The translations under genes were made by a program, and so were the position numbers. The notes under the pieces were generated by a model that was not told the DNA's origin, ran no database searches, and saw only the letters and a list, made by a program, of their open reading frames with translations. From a virus (lineage: Duplodnaviria; Caudoviricetes), in the IMG/VR virus record IMGVR_UViG_3300037067_012088, positions 64,001 to 128,000 of that record: DNA of 64,000 bases; one strand, given 5' to 3'. Shown in pieces: positions 28,828 to 38,153 of this stretch. Each line of letters starts with the position of its first letter. Within the stretch, counting starts at the first letter, position 1.

Positions 28828-29775
28828 TTAAGCCTTACCGCTTATCCAGTCCTTGGGCGGGGTCGCGTATTGTCTCTTGAAGGGTTCGGGGAACGCCACC
28901 GCTTTTTCGCGACTGACATTGACGCCCATCGTCTTGAGACTATCGAGACTCGCATAAAACACAACCAGCTCGGCAATGAGATTCCCCGCCTCGAACTCTG
29001 TGTGAGTGACCGCTTCCTTGACTAAGCTGCCCCATGAACTGCCCATGTCGAAGGATTGAGCCTTCAGTTCGACCGTCGAAGAGGTGACCTCGGAAGTGGT
29101 TGCGAACGCCATGGTGGAGGCATTCTGAGCGCACGCGGTGAGATTGCCCGCTGAGAATTGGGTGCTTCCCGCGCCCCCATAAACGTTCCCATCTCCGAGT
29201 GCACCCGTAGTGCCGCACTTCGAATAGCCACCGCACCAGACGTCCCCGAAGTAAGGGAGCTTCGGATACCAGTAATGATCCTCCCAATACCACGGACGAT
29301 AAGGGATATACTCCTTCTCGCGCGGCTTGTTTTTCTCGTCCTCATACATCTTGCGCCAGACCTCGGCCATGTCGGGCTTCTTGGTCTTCTCGGCGTAGGC
29401 GCGAATGGCGATGACTCCGTTGCCCTGACCCTCGCCGGCTTCGGTCGCATACGATTTTTCGCGCTTGACGAAAGTGAAAGCGGCAACCTGACTGTCATCG
29501 AGTCTATAGCCCTTGAATACCTCTTCCGCGTATGGATTCAAGACGTATCCCGTTTCACCGGGATCGTCGGTGGCAGGCTTGCCAGTGAGGATATTGAGCG
29601 AATCGACCGCGATAACGGCCTTCACTCGGTTCCCCGTCTTGTTCTTGACGCGCAGCTGGTAGGTGCGGTTTTCGTGGCTCTCAATGAAGGCCTTGCCCTC
29701 ATGCTTGTAGGCGCGTAACGGACGCCCGTCCGTGCTCTCGACAACGAGAGACACACTATCTGTATCAGTTTTCAT
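28828..29775 (-). CDS. conserved-looking hypothetical protein
   Basis: 315 aa; TTGACA-N16-TATGAT promoter at about 29824-29851. Confidence 0.65.
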   Translation of the reverse strand: MKTDTDSVSLVVESTDGRPLRAYKHEGKAFIESHENRTYQLRVKNKTGNRVKAVIAVDSLNILTGKPATDDPGETGYVLNPYAEEVFKGYRLDDSQVAAFTFVKREKSYATEAGEGQGNGVIAIRAYAEKTKKPDMAEVWRKMYEDEKNKPREKEYIPYRPWYWEDHYWYPKLPYFGDVWCGGYSKCGTTGALGDGNVYGGAGSTQFSAGNLTACAQNASTMAFATTSEVTSSTVELKAQSFDMGSSWGSLVKEAVTHTEFEAGNLIAELVVFYASLDSLKTMGVNVSREKAVAFPEPFKRQYATPPKDWISGKA

Positions 29776-29910
29776 ATGGATTATATCCGCCGGGAGTCGG
29801 GATTGACGCCGGTTGACATATCTATCATACACCTCTTTTGCCCCTTGTCAACCATAAATCTTGCGGGTCGAACAATCGCCGGGCAGGGCGACGCCCAAAC
29901 AAGATTGCAC

Positions 29911-29939
29911 TTGACACCACCCACCCAGTCCGTTAAGAT
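29911..29939 (+). promoter_or_regulatory. sigma70-type promoter
   Basis: TTGACA-N17-TAAGAT, 7 nt before ATG. Confidence 0.7.
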
Positions 29940-29946
29940 AGGAGAG

Positions 29947-31266
29947 ATGAATCAGTTCCTCGCCTCGATACCCGCGCTCGCATGGTTGATGCCCGTTATC
30001 ATGTTGTGGGGACAGATCAAGTCCGGCGCCCAGAATCTGATACGCCTGATAATCGTGGAAGTCAAGATGGATGGCTCGGCTTCAAGGGCGATTACCTACT
30101 ATCTCGCAGCCAAGGGTAAACCGCTCCCCTCCAATATCATCCGCTATGACTCGCTGACCGAGTATGTGATGAAGCGCAAGTCAAATCGCACAATCCTCAT
30201 GCAGATCCTCGCGGGTCTCAAGTCGCAATTATTCTGGACGCGTGGTACCTTGGTCTCGCTCTCCGATTTACGCGGCCAAGATAAGGAAACGGGCATGATG
30301 AATGAGATGTCTTGCTCACTCCGGTTCCTGCGCGGGACCCTAGACCACGAAAAGCTCCTGTGCGACGCGGTCGAGTGGTATGACGATACCTATCATCAGT
30401 ATGACAAGGAAGCTTCCCAGCGAAGCAGTCGATTCTTCATACGGCGCTACGTGGGGAAGGGACAATTGAATGGAGTCGAACTGCGCAAAGACTCCAGTGG
30501 CACCGCTCCCTCTGCCAGCACACCTTCGCGCCTCAATGAGTCTGTTGCCCACAATCGTCTCGTCAATTACTCGCGATCCGATATCGGTTACTCCAAGCGC
30601 GACTTCTTCTACACCTTCAACGAGACCACAAACAGGTTTCGCGCGGATGTGTTGCGCTGGTTCAAGTCGAAGGAGTGGTATGAGAGCAAAGGGCTCCTGT
30701 TTCGCCGGGGCTGTCTTCTGTGGGGCCTCGCCGGTTCGGGTAAAACTGCCGCCATTCGCAAGGTAGCTCAAGAGATTGATGTGCCGCTGTTCCTGTTTGA
30801 GTTGAACACAATGGCCGATCATGAGTTCATCGAGTATTGGGACAACGCCATCAGCTACGGTCCCTGCATGATCGTGTTCGAGGATATCGATTGCTCATTC
30901 AACAAGCGCGTCAACATCTCTAAGGCCGGCAAGCTCTCGTTTGAGTGTCTGCTCAACTGCGTCAGCGGAGTGGTTCCCTCCGAAGGCGTCTATCTGTGCA
31001 TCACAACCAACCGCTTGGACTATTTGGATGAGGCACTGGGAGTGCCCAATGAGAGGGGCGTTTCCACGCGTCCCGGACGACTCGATACCTGCTTCGAAAT
31101 CGGCAACATCGATGAGGCTCAAAAGCGGGCTATGGCCGTTCACTTCTTGGCGGAGCACGAAGACATTATCGAAGACCTTATCGAGCGCTCCAACGGTTGC
31201 ACCGCCGCGCAGTTCAGCGACATGTGTTCCCAAAAGGCTCTTGAGCTACACTGGAGGGATAAATGA
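29947..31266 (+). CDS. BCS1-like membrane-anchored AAA+ ATPase
   Basis: WYESKGLLFRRGCLLWGLAGSGKT, IVFEDID, ITTNRLDYLDEAL..RPGRLD; N-terminal hydrophobic segment. Confidence 0.8.
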   Translation: MNQFLASIPALAWLMPVIMLWGQIKSGAQNLIRLIIVEVKMDGSASRAITYYLAAKGKPLPSNIIRYDSLTEYVMKRKSNRTILMQILAGLKSQLFWTRGTLVSLSDLRGQDKETGMMNEMSCSLRFLRGTLDHEKLLCDAVEWYDDTYHQYDKEASQRSSRFFIRRYVGKGQLNGVELRKDSSGTAPSASTPSRLNESVAHNRLVNYSRSDIGYSKRDFFYTFNETTNRFRADVLRWFKSKEWYESKGLLFRRGCLLWGLAGSGKTAAIRKVAQEIDVPLFLFELNTMADHEFIEYWDNAISYGPCMIVFEDIDCSFNKRVNISKAGKLSFECLLNCVSGVVPSEGVYLCITTNRLDYLDEALGVPNERGVSTRPGRLDTCFEIGNIDEAQKRAMAVHFLAEHEDIIEDLIERSNGCTAAQFSDMCSQKALELHWRDK

Positions 31267-31694
31267 GCGCCGAGGTAGGTCACGTATACGTCTTGTCCAG
31301 CCCCTTGATGTCCGGGGTTTACAAGGTGGGGTGCAGCACCAACGATCCGGTCGAGCGCGCCCGCCAACTCTCCGCCGGATCTGGTATTCCCTATCCCTAT
31401 ACGGTTGTTTATTCTCGGCGCGTCGCGTTTCCCTTTGCCGTCGAAGCCAATCTCCACTCTCAACTTGATTCCTATCGCATTAACGACTCGCGCGAGTTCT
31501 TCAAGGCGCCGCTTCACCAGATAATCACTCTGATTGAACGGCACGACGAAGTGCCTGAAGTGGGCGAGATGAATGAGGGGCCACTTGACCTGTCTTACAG
31601 CGAATTGTTCGCGACGTTCCCCGACGATGGAGAGCCTAGAATGCTAACCGACGAAGAGCGCGCTCAATGCCGCGAACTGGAGAGCCGCCAGTGA
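31263..31694 (+). CDS. T5orf172/GIY-YIG-like protein
   Basis: GHVYVL..GVYKVGCS..PVERARQL..REFF. Confidence 0.8.
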   Translation: MSAEVGHVYVLSSPLMSGVYKVGCSTNDPVERARQLSAGSGIPYPYTVVYSRRVAFPFAVEANLHSQLDSYRINDSREFFKAPLHQIITLIERHDEVPEVGEMNEGPLDLSYSELFATFPDDGEPRMLTDEERAQCRELESRQ

Positions 31695-31879
31695 GTGAAT
31701 CCGCCAAACGCATGTCCTACGGTGTTGCCGACACGAGTAAGTGCCGTGTATGGGGTATTGGGTGGCTTAGCTTTGGGCGCACTGAGGTTGTCGTCGACGA
31801 GGTGACCTATCGCACATTCTACGTGCGCCTCGGACCCACGTGGGGCAGTCTCCAACTGAGTATCATCCGCTCGGATTAA
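31691..31879 (+). CDS. hypothetical protein
   Basis: GTGA overlap with previous stop. Confidence 0.4.
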   Translation: MSESAKRMSYGVADTSKCRVWGIGWLSFGRTEVVVDEVTYRTFYVRLGPTWGSLQLSIIRSD

Positions 31880-31902
31880 TCGGGAGCGGCCGAGCAACTC
31901 AA

Positions 31903-31929
31903 CAAAAAAGCTCCTTCATGAGAAGGAGC
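31903..31929 (-). terminator. intrinsic terminator
   Basis: GCTCCTTC-loop-GAAGGAGC-TTTTTT. Confidence 0.7.
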
Positions 31930-31957
31930 CTAGATGCTATGAAGACCCTATCCCAAA

Positions 31958-32311
31958 TTAGCTTGAGCGCGTGTAGGCGGGGATCGAGATCAGCTGGCCA
32001 GCCGGACCATAGCCGGGAATCCAGTAGTTGGGCTCGCCGAGGAAGGTAGGATACTGATAAAGGCCCGTGGTGCCGTAGAAGAGACCTGTGCCTACATTGC
32101 CGACCGTGGTGAGACGGCCAAGGCCCGTGGACACGACTTCGCGGGTGCCGGTTTGGGCGAAGATGGTGGTGGCGTTACGCACGCTCAAATCCGCGAGAGT
32201 GACCTGAAGCGCGCCAGAAGCGTTAGCCCAATAAGAGTAGGTGCCGCTAACGTTGAGGGAGGCAGGGGCGAGGGAGCCAGTCTGCGAGGTGAAGATATGA
32301 TACTTAGACAT
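31958..32311 (-). CDS. small late (probably virion) protein
   Basis: 117 aa G/S/T-rich; own late promoter and terminator. Confidence 0.65.
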   Translation of the reverse strand: MSKYHIFTSQTGSLAPASLNVSGTYSYWANASGALQVTLADLSVRNATTIFAQTGTREVVSTGLGRLTTVGNVGTGLFYGTTGLYQYPTFLGEPNYWIPGYGPAGQLISIPAYTRSS

Positions 32312-32343
32312 CGATAGGAGGAGTTAGATTGGTGTGCAGTGTG

Positions 32344-32369
32344 ATACACCGACTTTAAGAGGGTTTACC
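32344..32369 (-). promoter_or_regulatory. phage late promoter
   Basis: Consensus GGTAAAC-N11-CGGTGTAT. Confidence 0.8.
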
Positions 32370-32389
32370 GAGAAAACTCGCGTCCGCAC

Positions 32390-32432
32390 AAAAAAGAACC
32401 CCCTCCACTCGCGCGAAGGGGGTCTTTGTTTT
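32390..32432. terminator. bidirectional-looking intrinsic terminator
   Basis: A run, ACCCCCT..AGGGGGT stem, T run. Confidence 0.55.
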
Positions 32433-32437
32433 CTGTT

Positions 32438-32548
32438 TTACTTGGTTAGCTGCTTGGGTCGATAACCGCTCTGGGAGATGATATACACTCCCGCAACGAC
32501 GAACCAAGCTGTAATGGTGGCGATAATCATTGTGATTAGGGTCTCCAT
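32438..32548 (-). CDS. 36 aa single-TM peptide
   Basis: METLITMIIATITAWFVVAGVYIISQSGYRPKQLTK; CGGTGTAT at 32600-32607 upstream. Confidence 0.5.
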   Translation of the reverse strand: METLITMIIATITAWFVVAGVYIISQSGYRPKQLTK

Positions 32549-32624
32549 GTTTAGACCCCTAGGCGCGGACGCTTCGGAGTGGTTTCCTGACACCCTCTAA
32601 TACACCGGACTAGAGGGAAATGGA

Positions 32625-33020
32625 CTACTTGATGGTGATTTTGCGCGGCTTGGCGGCTTCATGGCGGCCCAAAATCAGTGTGAGCACACCGTCTTCCAGT
32701 TTGGCCTCCACCTTGTCCGGGTCGATGTCGTCGCCCACGGTGACCGATTGCTCAACCTCATCCTTGGCGTTCTTGGCGCGCACGGTGAGGACTTGGTTCT
32801 CCAGTTCCACCTCGACTTCGGCTTGCTTGAACCCGGGCAAATCGAGGGAGAGAATGAGATTGCCGTTTTCCTCGGTGGCCTTGAAACGGCGCGTATAAGT
32901 GCCCAACTCGTAATCGAAGAAGTCGGAGAGCGAGGCTGGGAACGGCGCGAAGGAGTGATAGCCGACGCGAAAATCAGGGTTGAGAAAGCGATTCAAATCG
33001 CCCAGAGGTTTTAGATACAT
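32625..33020 (-). CDS. Hsp20/alpha-crystallin small heat-shock protein
   Basis: LDLPGF..VEAKLEDGVLTL..KPRKITIK. Confidence 0.9.
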   Translation of the reverse strand: MYLKPLGDLNRFLNPDFRVGYHSFAPFPASLSDFFDYELGTYTRRFKATEENGNLILSLDLPGFKQAEVEVELENQVLTVRAKNAKDEVEQSVTVGDDIDPDKVEAKLEDGVLTLILGRHEAAKPRKITIK

Positions 33021-33048
33021 GATATGTTGAGTTGATGGTTGAGCGGGT

Positions 33049-33077
33049 ATCTTAGCGAGTTTGGTGCCAAGTGTCAA
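33049..33077 (-). promoter_or_regulatory. nested sigma70 and sigma54-type promoters for hsp20
   Basis: TTGACA-N17-TAAGAT whose spacer holds TTGGCAC-CAAAC-TCGCT (GG-N10-GC). Confidence 0.6.
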
Positions 33078-33216
33078 GCGGGAAAAGAGACGTTGGTGGA
33101 CAACGAGATATGCGGTTCTCGAATCCAGAACGTCGCCTCGTGTGGCGCGATTCTCGTGGCACAGTGTGACAGATTGACATATCCCGCCATCGTGGCGCGA
33201 TTGTCCACTTTTCCTC

Positions 33217-33245
33217 TTGACCCCGCGACCCAAGTGTGGGATACT
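33217..33245 (+). promoter_or_regulatory. sigma70-type promoter
   Basis: TTGACC-N17-GATACT. Confidence 0.55.
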
Positions 33246-33248
33246 CGG

Positions 33249-33605
33249 ATGATGAAGATGGCTCCTGTCCAAGGTTACTCTGCCGGCATTCCGTGGGATA
33301 TGCACCTGCGCGCGTATGACGCCTACTGCAAAAAGTGGGGCGCTCAACCCGCGATGATTGATCTCGAAGGTCGCAACTGCCGTGGTGGGTTCGCCGATAC
33401 CGAACTCGACATGTTTATTCCCGGTTGGCGCGAAGAACTGAGTGAGAGGATTCGATTCCGTAGTCTGCTTAAACAGAGCCGCTCCGCGCTTGAATTGACC
33501 TTCAATACGGTTGAGTGCGATTCTCTCGACGCTCAGGGTAATCAGCTTCCGTGGTATGCCAATGCGAAACGAGTGGTTGAGGAAATCGATGCCGCACTCA
33601 AATGA
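33249..33605 (+). CDS. hypothetical protein
   Basis: First gene of coupled plus-strand array. Confidence 0.6.
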   Translation: MMKMAPVQGYSAGIPWDMHLRAYDAYCKKWGAQPAMIDLEGRNCRGGFADTELDMFIPGWREELSERIRFRSLLKQSRSALELTFNTVECDSLDAQGNQLPWYANAKRVVEEIDAALK

Positions 33606-34093
33606 CCGACGACAAAAAGACCTACTACGACTACACGCCGAAGGAAAGGCTTCAGTGGCAACTGCCAGATATTCCTGTCGGTGCCTTCATCACCTTCGCG
33701 CGCGAGAAGCGTCCCTATCGTGTGCGCGCCCGCAGTGGCCGTTTCATCGTCTGCACCAAGCCTTTCAACCCCAAGAAGACCGTGCTCTACACTGTCATCG
33801 ATTTGGTCGAGAACGTGCGCGGCCCCGAAGACCTCGTGTTCGGCATGGGTGCGGAGACCGACCAGCAATGCTGGGATATGGTGGACCGACTTGACGGAAG
33901 AGATGCCAATCATCCGCAGGGGCTCGACGTGAGAGACTTGGCTCAGTGGGAAGAGGAGAAACACACGCTCACGAAAGACCTACAGAAGCTGGCTAAACCC
34001 GGTCGCTCGTTTCGCACGGAGGTGTCACATCGTCATCGTGTGGACTTGGACGTGGTGGGTATCCGCATCCCCAAATCGGGCAAGCCGTTTTGA
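33602..34093 (+). CDS. hypothetical protein
   Basis: ATGA overlap. Confidence 0.65.
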   Translation: MTDDKKTYYDYTPKERLQWQLPDIPVGAFITFAREKRPYRVRARSGRFIVCTKPFNPKKTVLYTVIDLVENVRGPEDLVFGMGAETDQQCWDMVDRLDGRDANHPQGLDVRDLAQWEEEKHTLTKDLQKLAKPGRSFRTEVSHRHRVDLDVVGIRIPKSGKPF

Positions 34094-34094
34094 T

Positions 34095-34481
34095 ATGACA
34101 CCTCAAGCACAATGTATCGCCATTGCTGAAGCGTGTGACATTAGCACCGAAGCGTTCCGCTTTTGGTATATGTCTCATGGCGGAACCGAATGGAAGGAGT
34201 CTCCCCATTATCGCACAATGAGACAAGCCGAAGAAGCTATGGAGGGCGAATCTCACTGGTCTGAATGTAAGGCTGTTGAGTCCGTCCGCTCGCACCATAA
34301 TGTCCCTTCCTATCTCACCGATCTGAATGCCATGCATAGGGCAGAGCAGACACTAAGGGATATAGATCGTCGAGCGTATCGATCTATTCTCGCCGAGAAT
34401 ACTGATCTTTTTGACGCTGATGCTCAGACGAAGGCTGAAGCCTTTCTCCGTGCCCTCGACCTGTGGGACGACTTAAAATGA
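34095..34481 (+). CDS. hypothetical protein
   Basis: VPSYLTDLNAMHRAE..AEAFLRAL small phage protein pattern. Confidence 0.65.
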   Translation: MTPQAQCIAIAEACDISTEAFRFWYMSHGGTEWKESPHYRTMRQAEEAMEGESHWSECKAVESVRSHHNVPSYLTDLNAMHRAEQTLRDIDRRAYRSILAENTDLFDADAQTKAEAFLRALDLWDDLK

Positions 34482-34804
34482 CATCTAAGACTTACACCCC
34501 TTCATTGGGCTTGGATTACGCCGTGTATGAGAGAACGAAGGCAACCGCATACGGATGGGGGAGTTGGGAATTGATCTCGGTCTTTCTCAACGAGAGGGAT
34601 GCTGAGAGATTCTGCCGGGAAGACGAGTGCGCCATCGCCGAAAGGAAGGTGTTCGTCACCGGGGAATGCTGGGAGCGTTGGCATACGCAAGAGCACAACG
34701 CAAGTCATGAAGGTGTTCGCAAGCTGTTCAAGGGATGTATCGAAAAATACAAGGACGCCCATATCACGGGCGCGTTGAGTCGGTATCAGCTCCCTGATTT
34801 ATGA
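34478..34804 (+). CDS. hypothetical protein
   Basis: ATGA overlap. Confidence 0.6.
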   Translation: MTSKTYTPSLGLDYAVYERTKATAYGWGSWELISVFLNERDAERFCREDECAIAERKVFVTGECWERWHTQEHNASHEGVRKLFKGCIEKYKDAHITGALSRYQLPDL

Positions 34805-35175
34805 CCCCCAGCCAACTCCACATCCTCCAGCACTCTCTCGGGTGCGATCAATATGGACGCGCCGACCGCATCTACCGCGATGAAGGCGATGGTGCCTTCG
34901 GACACTACCGTAACCGCTACGTCAGTGACCCGGACTCCGATTTGACCGCGCTTATCGAGATGGGTTATCTAGCTGACCATGGAGCCTACGATGTGGCCGG
35001 CGGGATGCACTATTACAGGGTGACCAAGGAAGGGCTCGCCAAGATGAGGGAGCTAAGTCCTAAGCCGTCGAAGATCTCGCGCGGCAGGCAACGATATCTT
35101 GACTTCTTGAGTGAGGATGGTAGCTTGACTTTCGGCGAGTGGCTTAAGGTGCGGACGGGGAGGGTGACGGCATGA
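34801..35175 (+). CDS. hypothetical protein
   Basis: ATGA overlap; YRNRY..TFGEWL. Confidence 0.65.
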   Translation: MTPSQLHILQHSLGCDQYGRADRIYRDEGDGAFGHYRNRYVSDPDSDLTALIEMGYLADHGAYDVAGGMHYYRVTKEGLAKMRELSPKPSKISRGRQRYLDFLSEDGSLTFGEWLKVRTGRVTA

Positions 35176-35507
35176 GGTTCGCTCATCCCATTCCCGTTGT
35201 TCCTATCAAGTCCAAGGACGGCGAAATGCGCACTCGTCGCATCTTCCTTTGGTGGCCTGTCAAAGCCTATTGCCCCTTCACCGGCCTCAATGAGACGCGC
35301 TGGTTGGAGAAGGTGGACTTGACCGAACGGTTCACACAAGAAAGATATCGGATACGCATTTGGGGTCAGTGGCGTGACGCGATATCAGACGGCGAATGGA
35401 AGCCCGTTAGATTTGAGACTCCCGCCGAAGTATTTGATAGTCGATATGGTAGTCCTTCATCCGTTCCCCCTAATGACCAATCCCTCCCTCCAATCTCGCA
35501 TCCTTGA
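35172..35507 (+). CDS. hypothetical protein
   Basis: ATGA overlap. Confidence 0.6.
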   Translation: MRFAHPIPVVPIKSKDGEMRTRRIFLWWPVKAYCPFTGLNETRWLEKVDLTERFTQERYRIRIWGQWRDAISDGEWKPVRFETPAEVFDSRYGSPSSVPPNDQSLPPISHP

Positions 35508-35661
35508 AGAGTTGAGCTATACCGACCTCGAAGAAGAGGCGCTTGGCAAACTCGTGAAGGCCCCCGTTCACCGCGAACTGGTGCGGATGGCCAAGGAAGG
35601 CTTGGTCGCGTCTTACGAGCACGAACAGGTTGGTGGCGCAATCATGTGGGGGCTCAAGTGA
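35473..35661 (+). CDS. hypothetical protein
   Basis: Short ORF in array. Confidence 0.5.
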   Translation: MTNPSLQSRILEELSYTDLEEEALGKLVKAPVHRELVRMAKEGLVASYEHEQVGGAIMWGLK

Positions 35662-35666
35662 AGAAC

Positions 35667-35879
35667 ATGTTCCAACTCTTCAAACCCGGTGACGTGATCT
35701 ACGGATACTGCAACGGCTACTTTGGACGGGATAGCTATGAGACCAAGACGTGCGTGATAGTCACTCGTCACTATGCCGTCTTCGAGTATGAGGATGGACG
35801 AGGAACGTTGCTTGACCTTTGTGAGTCGTTGACTCCCGAACTGGTGGCCAAGTGGCGCGAACAGGAGACCTACGATTGA
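35667..35879 (+). CDS. hypothetical protein
   Basis: GYCNGYFGRDSY motif. Confidence 0.6.
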   Translation: MFQLFKPGDVIYGYCNGYFGRDSYETKTCVIVTRHYAVFEYEDGRGTLLDLCESLTPELVAKWREQETYD

Positions 35880-36109
35880 GCGATATCACCGACAGGATAC
35901 TGGTCGCCGCCGAGCGATTCGAGATGGCCGAATATCAAGGTCGCCCGACCAAGCTCCTCTTGGGCCGGCGCGAGATGGACGAGTTTGATGAGTATGTCAC
36001 CAAGCAGTTGCACACGGTATTCTCGACCGGTGGAGCCGCACGTCGCCCAGTCTTCAGGGGGATGGAGATATACTCGATGGATGACGATGAGTTCTTGGGG
36101 GTAGCATGA
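35876..36109 (+). CDS. hypothetical protein
   Basis: TTGA overlap. Confidence 0.55.
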   Translation: MSDITDRILVAAERFEMAEYQGRPTKLLLGRREMDEFDEYVTKQLHTVFSTGGAARRPVFRGMEIYSMDDDEFLGVA

Positions 36110-36342
36110 GCAAGACCCCGCGAGTAGATGCTTGGGAACGACGTATTAGCGGGCCTAATCCTTGGTCACCCTATGACCATATTGCTGTGGCCAGTGAGCA
36201 GGCCCGTGAACTGGAGATTGAGTCGGCGTGCTGGAGGGAACTGTCAGATAGGCTAGCTCAGCGACTGAGATCCATTCCGCACAATGATGCCCGCGACCGG
36301 GCCGCGTTGAAGGACTACGATTCCCTGAAAGAAAACGCTTGA
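36106..36342 (+). CDS. hypothetical protein
   Basis: ATGA overlap; TPRVD..ARELE. Confidence 0.6.
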   Translation: MSKTPRVDAWERRISGPNPWSPYDHIAVASEQARELEIESACWRELSDRLAQRLRSIPHNDARDRAALKDYDSLKENA

Positions 36343-36367
36343 CGCGCGCCAGCAAGGGTGCAATACT
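36339..36367 (+). promoter_or_regulatory. sigma70-type promoter (leaderless)
   Basis: TTGACG-N17-AATACT, 6 nt before ATG. Confidence 0.5.
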
Positions 36368-36373
36368 CATCCC

Positions 36374-36703
36374 ATGTTCGGAACCTTCTTCTCCAAGTAT
36401 CGTCGCCCCTTGTTCTATGCCGTGACCAAGGTATTGGCTAACCATATCCATGATGTAATCGCACCGCGCAGGCCGAGCATCTCGGCGGCCAAGTTATATC
36501 GGGATCTGTGTTACCCGCCCGCCAGACCTGTCAGTGCCCCGATTTATCGCACTCCCGAAATAGCGCCAAAAACGCCCGAAAAGGCCCAAATCGCGCGAAA
36601 CGTGGAGGTGCCGTTTGTCGCGAAAACGCGGGTCTCACGCCCCGCCGCCGTGCGCGCGAATGGGGGACTGCGCGGCAGTAGTGCGACCAGATGGGCGAGA
36701 TAA
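36374..36703 (+). CDS. hypothetical basic protein
   Basis: 109 aa with promoter. Confidence 0.45.
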   Translation: MFGTFFSKYRRPLFYAVTKVLANHIHDVIAPRRPSISAAKLYRDLCYPPARPVSAPIYRTPEIAPKTPEKAQIARNVEVPFVAKTRVSRPAAVRANGGLRGSSATRWAR

Positions 36704-36903
36704 ACTGGGAAGAGGTTAACGGTGAGGATGAGGCCGCCCGCGCGAAACGGGATGGCTATCGAGCCCTCGATTACACCGGAATCAAGTGCTCCAACTGCTC
36801 GCGCAACCGCGTGATGAATTGCGTCAACGGAAAGAAGGTATGCGAAAAATGCGGGTGGGATAACGAGGCAGGAGAGTATACGGATTATTTGAGCGGATTG
36901 TAA
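36691..36903 (+). CDS. zinc-finger protein
   Basis: CSNC..CEKC. Confidence 0.6.
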   Translation: MGEINWEEVNGEDEAARAKRDGYRALDYTGIKCSNCSRNRVMNCVNGKKVCEKCGWDNEAGEYTDYLSGL

Positions 36904-37524
36904 AAGGGACTCGTCAATGTGGCTCCGGAATTTTTTCGAGAAAGGTCTTGCAGGGAGCAGAGAAAGGGGATGCCGATTTCTTGAAGACTACCCCTTGGGA
37001 GAAGAAGAGAGGGAGACCAAGATAGAGAGATAGAGGGGTAATGGTGAGATGGGGTCCCGACCTTGGGTGAAACGGCCGGGGGGCCTGTTGCGACTGAGAC
37101 TCACTCTCAAGTTCTCAAAAAGCCACCCCTTCCTACTAGGCTCTCCTCCCCACTCTCCGCTAAGCAGTCTCCCCTGCTCTCCCTAGGGTCCGTCCCTCAG
37201 TGTCAATGGGTAAGCTCCCTCAATTGTGACCTACGCCTTACTAGCGTAACTCGTTGCTACGCAACGCAAGCAGCGTATGTAAAATATCGCAGCCAAGGCC
37301 CTTCCCGTGCCCTAGGTGAGGCTCGGCTCTCTACCTATACCTTGGTATCGGATTCTGGGCTGCCCTGTATAGGGGAAAGGATAGGCACACAAAGCTTGTG
37401 TGTCACCTTGGCCCTAGCTGCCCTAGGTTGGGTTAGTTAGCCTTGCATATGGCTACTCTGTTGACTGGTATGCGGGACACTGGCGCGCAAGCGCCACAGT
37501 GCGCCCGACCGTAGGGAGTAAGCA

Positions 37525-37554
37525 CAAGAAAGCCCTAGGCTTGTGACCTAGGGC
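37525..37554 (-). terminator. intrinsic terminator
   Basis: GCCCTAGG-loop-CCTAGGGC-TTTCTT. Confidence 0.65.
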
Positions 37555-37578
37555 AGAGGTAGCTGACTAGACTAGGTA

Positions 37579-37836
37579 TCAGGACATTAGGCGCACAGGG
37601 CCAGTGATACCCGCCGCATTGAACGCGCGCGCATAGTCCGCATGAAGGATACCGATGGAGTAGGCCAGCGAACGCAACGCGCACAGGATTGCGCGGTCTT
37701 GCTTGTCCGCATCCGCCCAGCTTGACAGTCTCATGGCATCAGCCATGCAGCTGCGGGCATTAGCTGTCTTGTCGCTGGGCAGGTGCTTACGCGCTAGGGC
37801 GAACACCTTGGCATGATCCGTCTTGTGAGTGGTCAT
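37579..37836 (-). CDS. hypothetical early protein
   Basis: 85 aa; SLAYSIGILHADY. Confidence 0.65.
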   Translation of the reverse strand: MTTHKTDHAKVFALARKHLPSDKTANARSCMADAMRLSSWADADKQDRAILCALRSLAYSIGILHADYARAFNAAGITGPVRLMS

Positions 37837-37871
37837 AGGATACAGGGATTGAGGGTTAGCGGGTAAGGGGG

Positions 37872-38006
37872 TTAGTCCGCCAGCTTGGCGACCGCCAACG
37901 CGTAGGCATAGCGCGCGGGCACCTGTGGGCCGGTGAAGATAGAGCGGTAATACCGATAGAGGGAACGGAGGCGATAAGCCCGGAGGGAGGTGAGGGAGGA
38001 GTTCAT
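37872..38006 (-). CDS. 44 aa Arg/Tyr-rich peptide A
   Basis: MNSSLTSLRAYRLRSLYRYYRSIFTGPQVPARYAYALAVAKLAD; resembles 39475-39606. Confidence 0.55.
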   Translation of the reverse strand: MNSSLTSLRAYRLRSLYRYYRSIFTGPQVPARYAYALAVAKLAD

Positions 38007-38100
38007 GGGGTGAATAAGGGGCATCTAGGATTGAATAGCAAGCTGAGAGATGTAAAAGGACTGTAAAGAAATGCCGCAGGCATCGCTTGTCGAAGCCAAG

Positions 38101-38143
38101 AAAAGAGCCGCTCCGAAGAGCGGCCCAGAGAGCGGAGCGAACT
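38101..38143 (-). terminator. intrinsic terminator, repeat copy 1
   Basis: GCCGCTC-TTCG-GAGCGGC then T-rich tail. Confidence 0.75.
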
Positions 38144-38153
38144 GGCAGAAGGC

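Noticed and set aside
37063-37440. 125 aa plus-strand ORF in the convergence zone
   Set aside because: Low-complexity S/L/P composition, TTG start, no promoter
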